DNA from: Leptogorgia sarmentosa
Lineage: Eukaryota
Assembly (NCBI GenBank): GCA_964658305.1
Contig: OZ210885.1
Location: 15,004,001-15,068,000 of the forward strand
Direction of reading: 5' to 3'
DNA length: 64,000 bases
Of the stretch, positions 62,101 through 64,000 are shown piece by piece. A program made the translations under genes and the position numbers. Position 1 is the first letter of the stretch, and each line of letters begins with the position of its first letter. Under the pieces are notes generated by a model. That model saw only the letters and a program-made list of their open reading frames with translations. It did not search any database and was not told the DNA's origin.

Positions 62101-64000
62101 ATGCTATTAAAACACTCATGTTTCATTTTGTTGGTTCAAAACGAAACATAACAGCATCGATAAACTCATGCGCAGATCCGCGCGGATATTTAACAATTAG
62201 ACAACGACGCCGAGTTGTCTATGAGCAAATAGTCAACGAGGACGAAGTCCAAGTTGTTTTAGTATACACTCTATGCCCAGAATTATTTATATCAAGAAAA
62301 TTCTGCAGAAACCTCAGCAAAACGTGAGTTTTCTGCAGTAGCCATATTGTTTTCCTTCGTTTTTTTCGCGAACCGTGGTCTATCAGGGATTAGTAGAATC
62401 ATACACTCGTATACTAATGCAAATGCTGCAATTTGATTGGCTACTTTACTTGCTATCTATTCCTCTATAGATAGCGAATAGCAAAATGTGTGAATTTTCA
62501 TTCAAGAAAATGTCCTCTGAGATGCGTTTTTGTTAGCTGTTAGCTTGCAGCCAATCAGCAAATTCGTTAGTTAAATCTGATTCAATTTAGCCAATAGATG
62601 ACAACGTAACATTGAGATGACGTAATTCTCACTGAGCCCACCCGCAAATTTAAGGGAAGCAACGTGAAGGTGTGCAAAGCAGTTCTTGCGGGCTAAATAT
62701 TTCAAAATGGCAGCTCATATAGGCGCGAGCTAAAGAGTGGTGATGTGTTTAATCGCATGAATATCCAGATAAAAAGAAAATATAATGGTTGCAGCGACGA
62801 GTGACTTCACTGAAACAGAGGTTAATTTATGAGCGCTTACGCTGTTTAGAACACTATTCTAAGTGCAGTCATGCGTAACATGGGTATAAAAAGACTGAGT
62901 CACATGTAATCGGGGTCAGTTTGTTAAACTAGACTCCGGGTTAACTTCGTTGGATTATGGCCGAACCCGTTGACGTCCCAGTCGTTTTGCCTGTACAAGT
63001 ACCTGATGTCGCGCCAGAAGAAAATCCACCAGCCGTTGCAGCCGCACAGCACGATGATGAACCTCAAGTACAGCCTCAAGCGTTGCCTCAAGCGCAGCCC
63101 GCCGAGGTATGTCGTTTTATACAGTGCCTTCAAACATTTTGAGATTTCTTTGGGGGCCATTCAGACTGACTGGCGTGAGTATCGTCTTTTTGGTTATTTT
63201 GTGTCTTACTTTTGAGATCAGCCTACCGCTTGCCTAGTTCTTAATCGTTCCGTTATTTGGGGCATTATTCTTGTCGCCCACCCAGTCATAGTTTTGGTTT
63301 GTGGGCCTTTGTAATTTTGGCTATTTACTACGTTTATGAGGCCGGTTTCCTTGCTTGTTTCCCTGGTACCTTGTAGGCGCTGCGTGCTGCCAGCTTTTCT
63401 CGATCTTGTGCTGATTTTACAGAGCGATTTTTTCCCCAGTTTCGTACGACTGTTTGTCGCCAGTTATAATCAATGGTAATTATGGTATTTGTTTTATTTC
63501 CCTCCGGTAATCGTCGTTCATTCATTTAGGGTGTGTTCCCTTAATCCCGTATTTTACATAAGTGGCTTAGTTTCGTTATGCTTTGATGCACGCCCTGGTC
63601 ATTTTAATACGGTACAGCATTACAATCGTTCTTCGTTGCATTTATGTGCTAGGCTCATAGGTTTTATGTTTATGATTTAATCTCCCGCTATGGTTGGGCA
63701 AAGTTTTCCCGGTTTGATTGCATGGATGATGTTTGTTTTGCCTTCGACCTATAATTACTGGTGGTTTGATTTTACTTCCACTCTGGGGTCATTACTATAG
63801 CTTTTTCGGTTGAGGCCGACTTATCGTAGAGCATGGTTGGATGATTTTCGCTGTAGTCATTCAATTTCGATTCGGAAAGAAATGTTTTAGTCGAGGTCCA
63901 GTTATAATTATGTTTGAGGGTATGTTGTACATCAAGTATATTGGTTGGGGCCAATTCTAGTCCTGTACATATACGAGCAGGATGTGTTTGTTGATGCTAC

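Overview
Eukaryotic, intron-containing DNA made almost entirely of nested transposable elements; no intact host gene was recognised. The repeat repertoire resembles that of marine invertebrates such as anthozoan cnidarians (inference only). From left to right: (1) 3' end of a Gmr1-type Gypsy element (INT-RT-RH order) with its LTR, inserted into a minus-strand BEL/Pao element. (2) That BEL also carries a complete AcademH DNA transposon (RecQ-like helicase plus transposase, 80-bp TIRs, 9-bp TSD), which in turn carries a young BEL element whose PBS looks self-priming. (3) A HECT-domain fragment and a second, truncated AcademH, linked to the first BEL by a reciprocal 716-bp chimeric duplication. 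(4) A foldback-like repeat interrupted by two DIRS-order tyrosine-recombinase retroelements, then a 76-bp minisatellite. (5) A 19.7-kb Mutator-like element (10-bp TSD) holding an 11.6-kb Mutator-like element (about 262-bp TIRs, 9-bp TSD) whose manually built 20-exon gene fuses a USP deubiquitinase, a Ulp1/SENP-type protease, a MULE transposase, SWIM and PHD. (6) A decayed AcademX transposase plus assorted MITEs and a SINE. The best candidates for something new are the USP-ULP1-transposase fusion and the self-priming BEL. Domain calls come from motif recognition by eye, not database searches.
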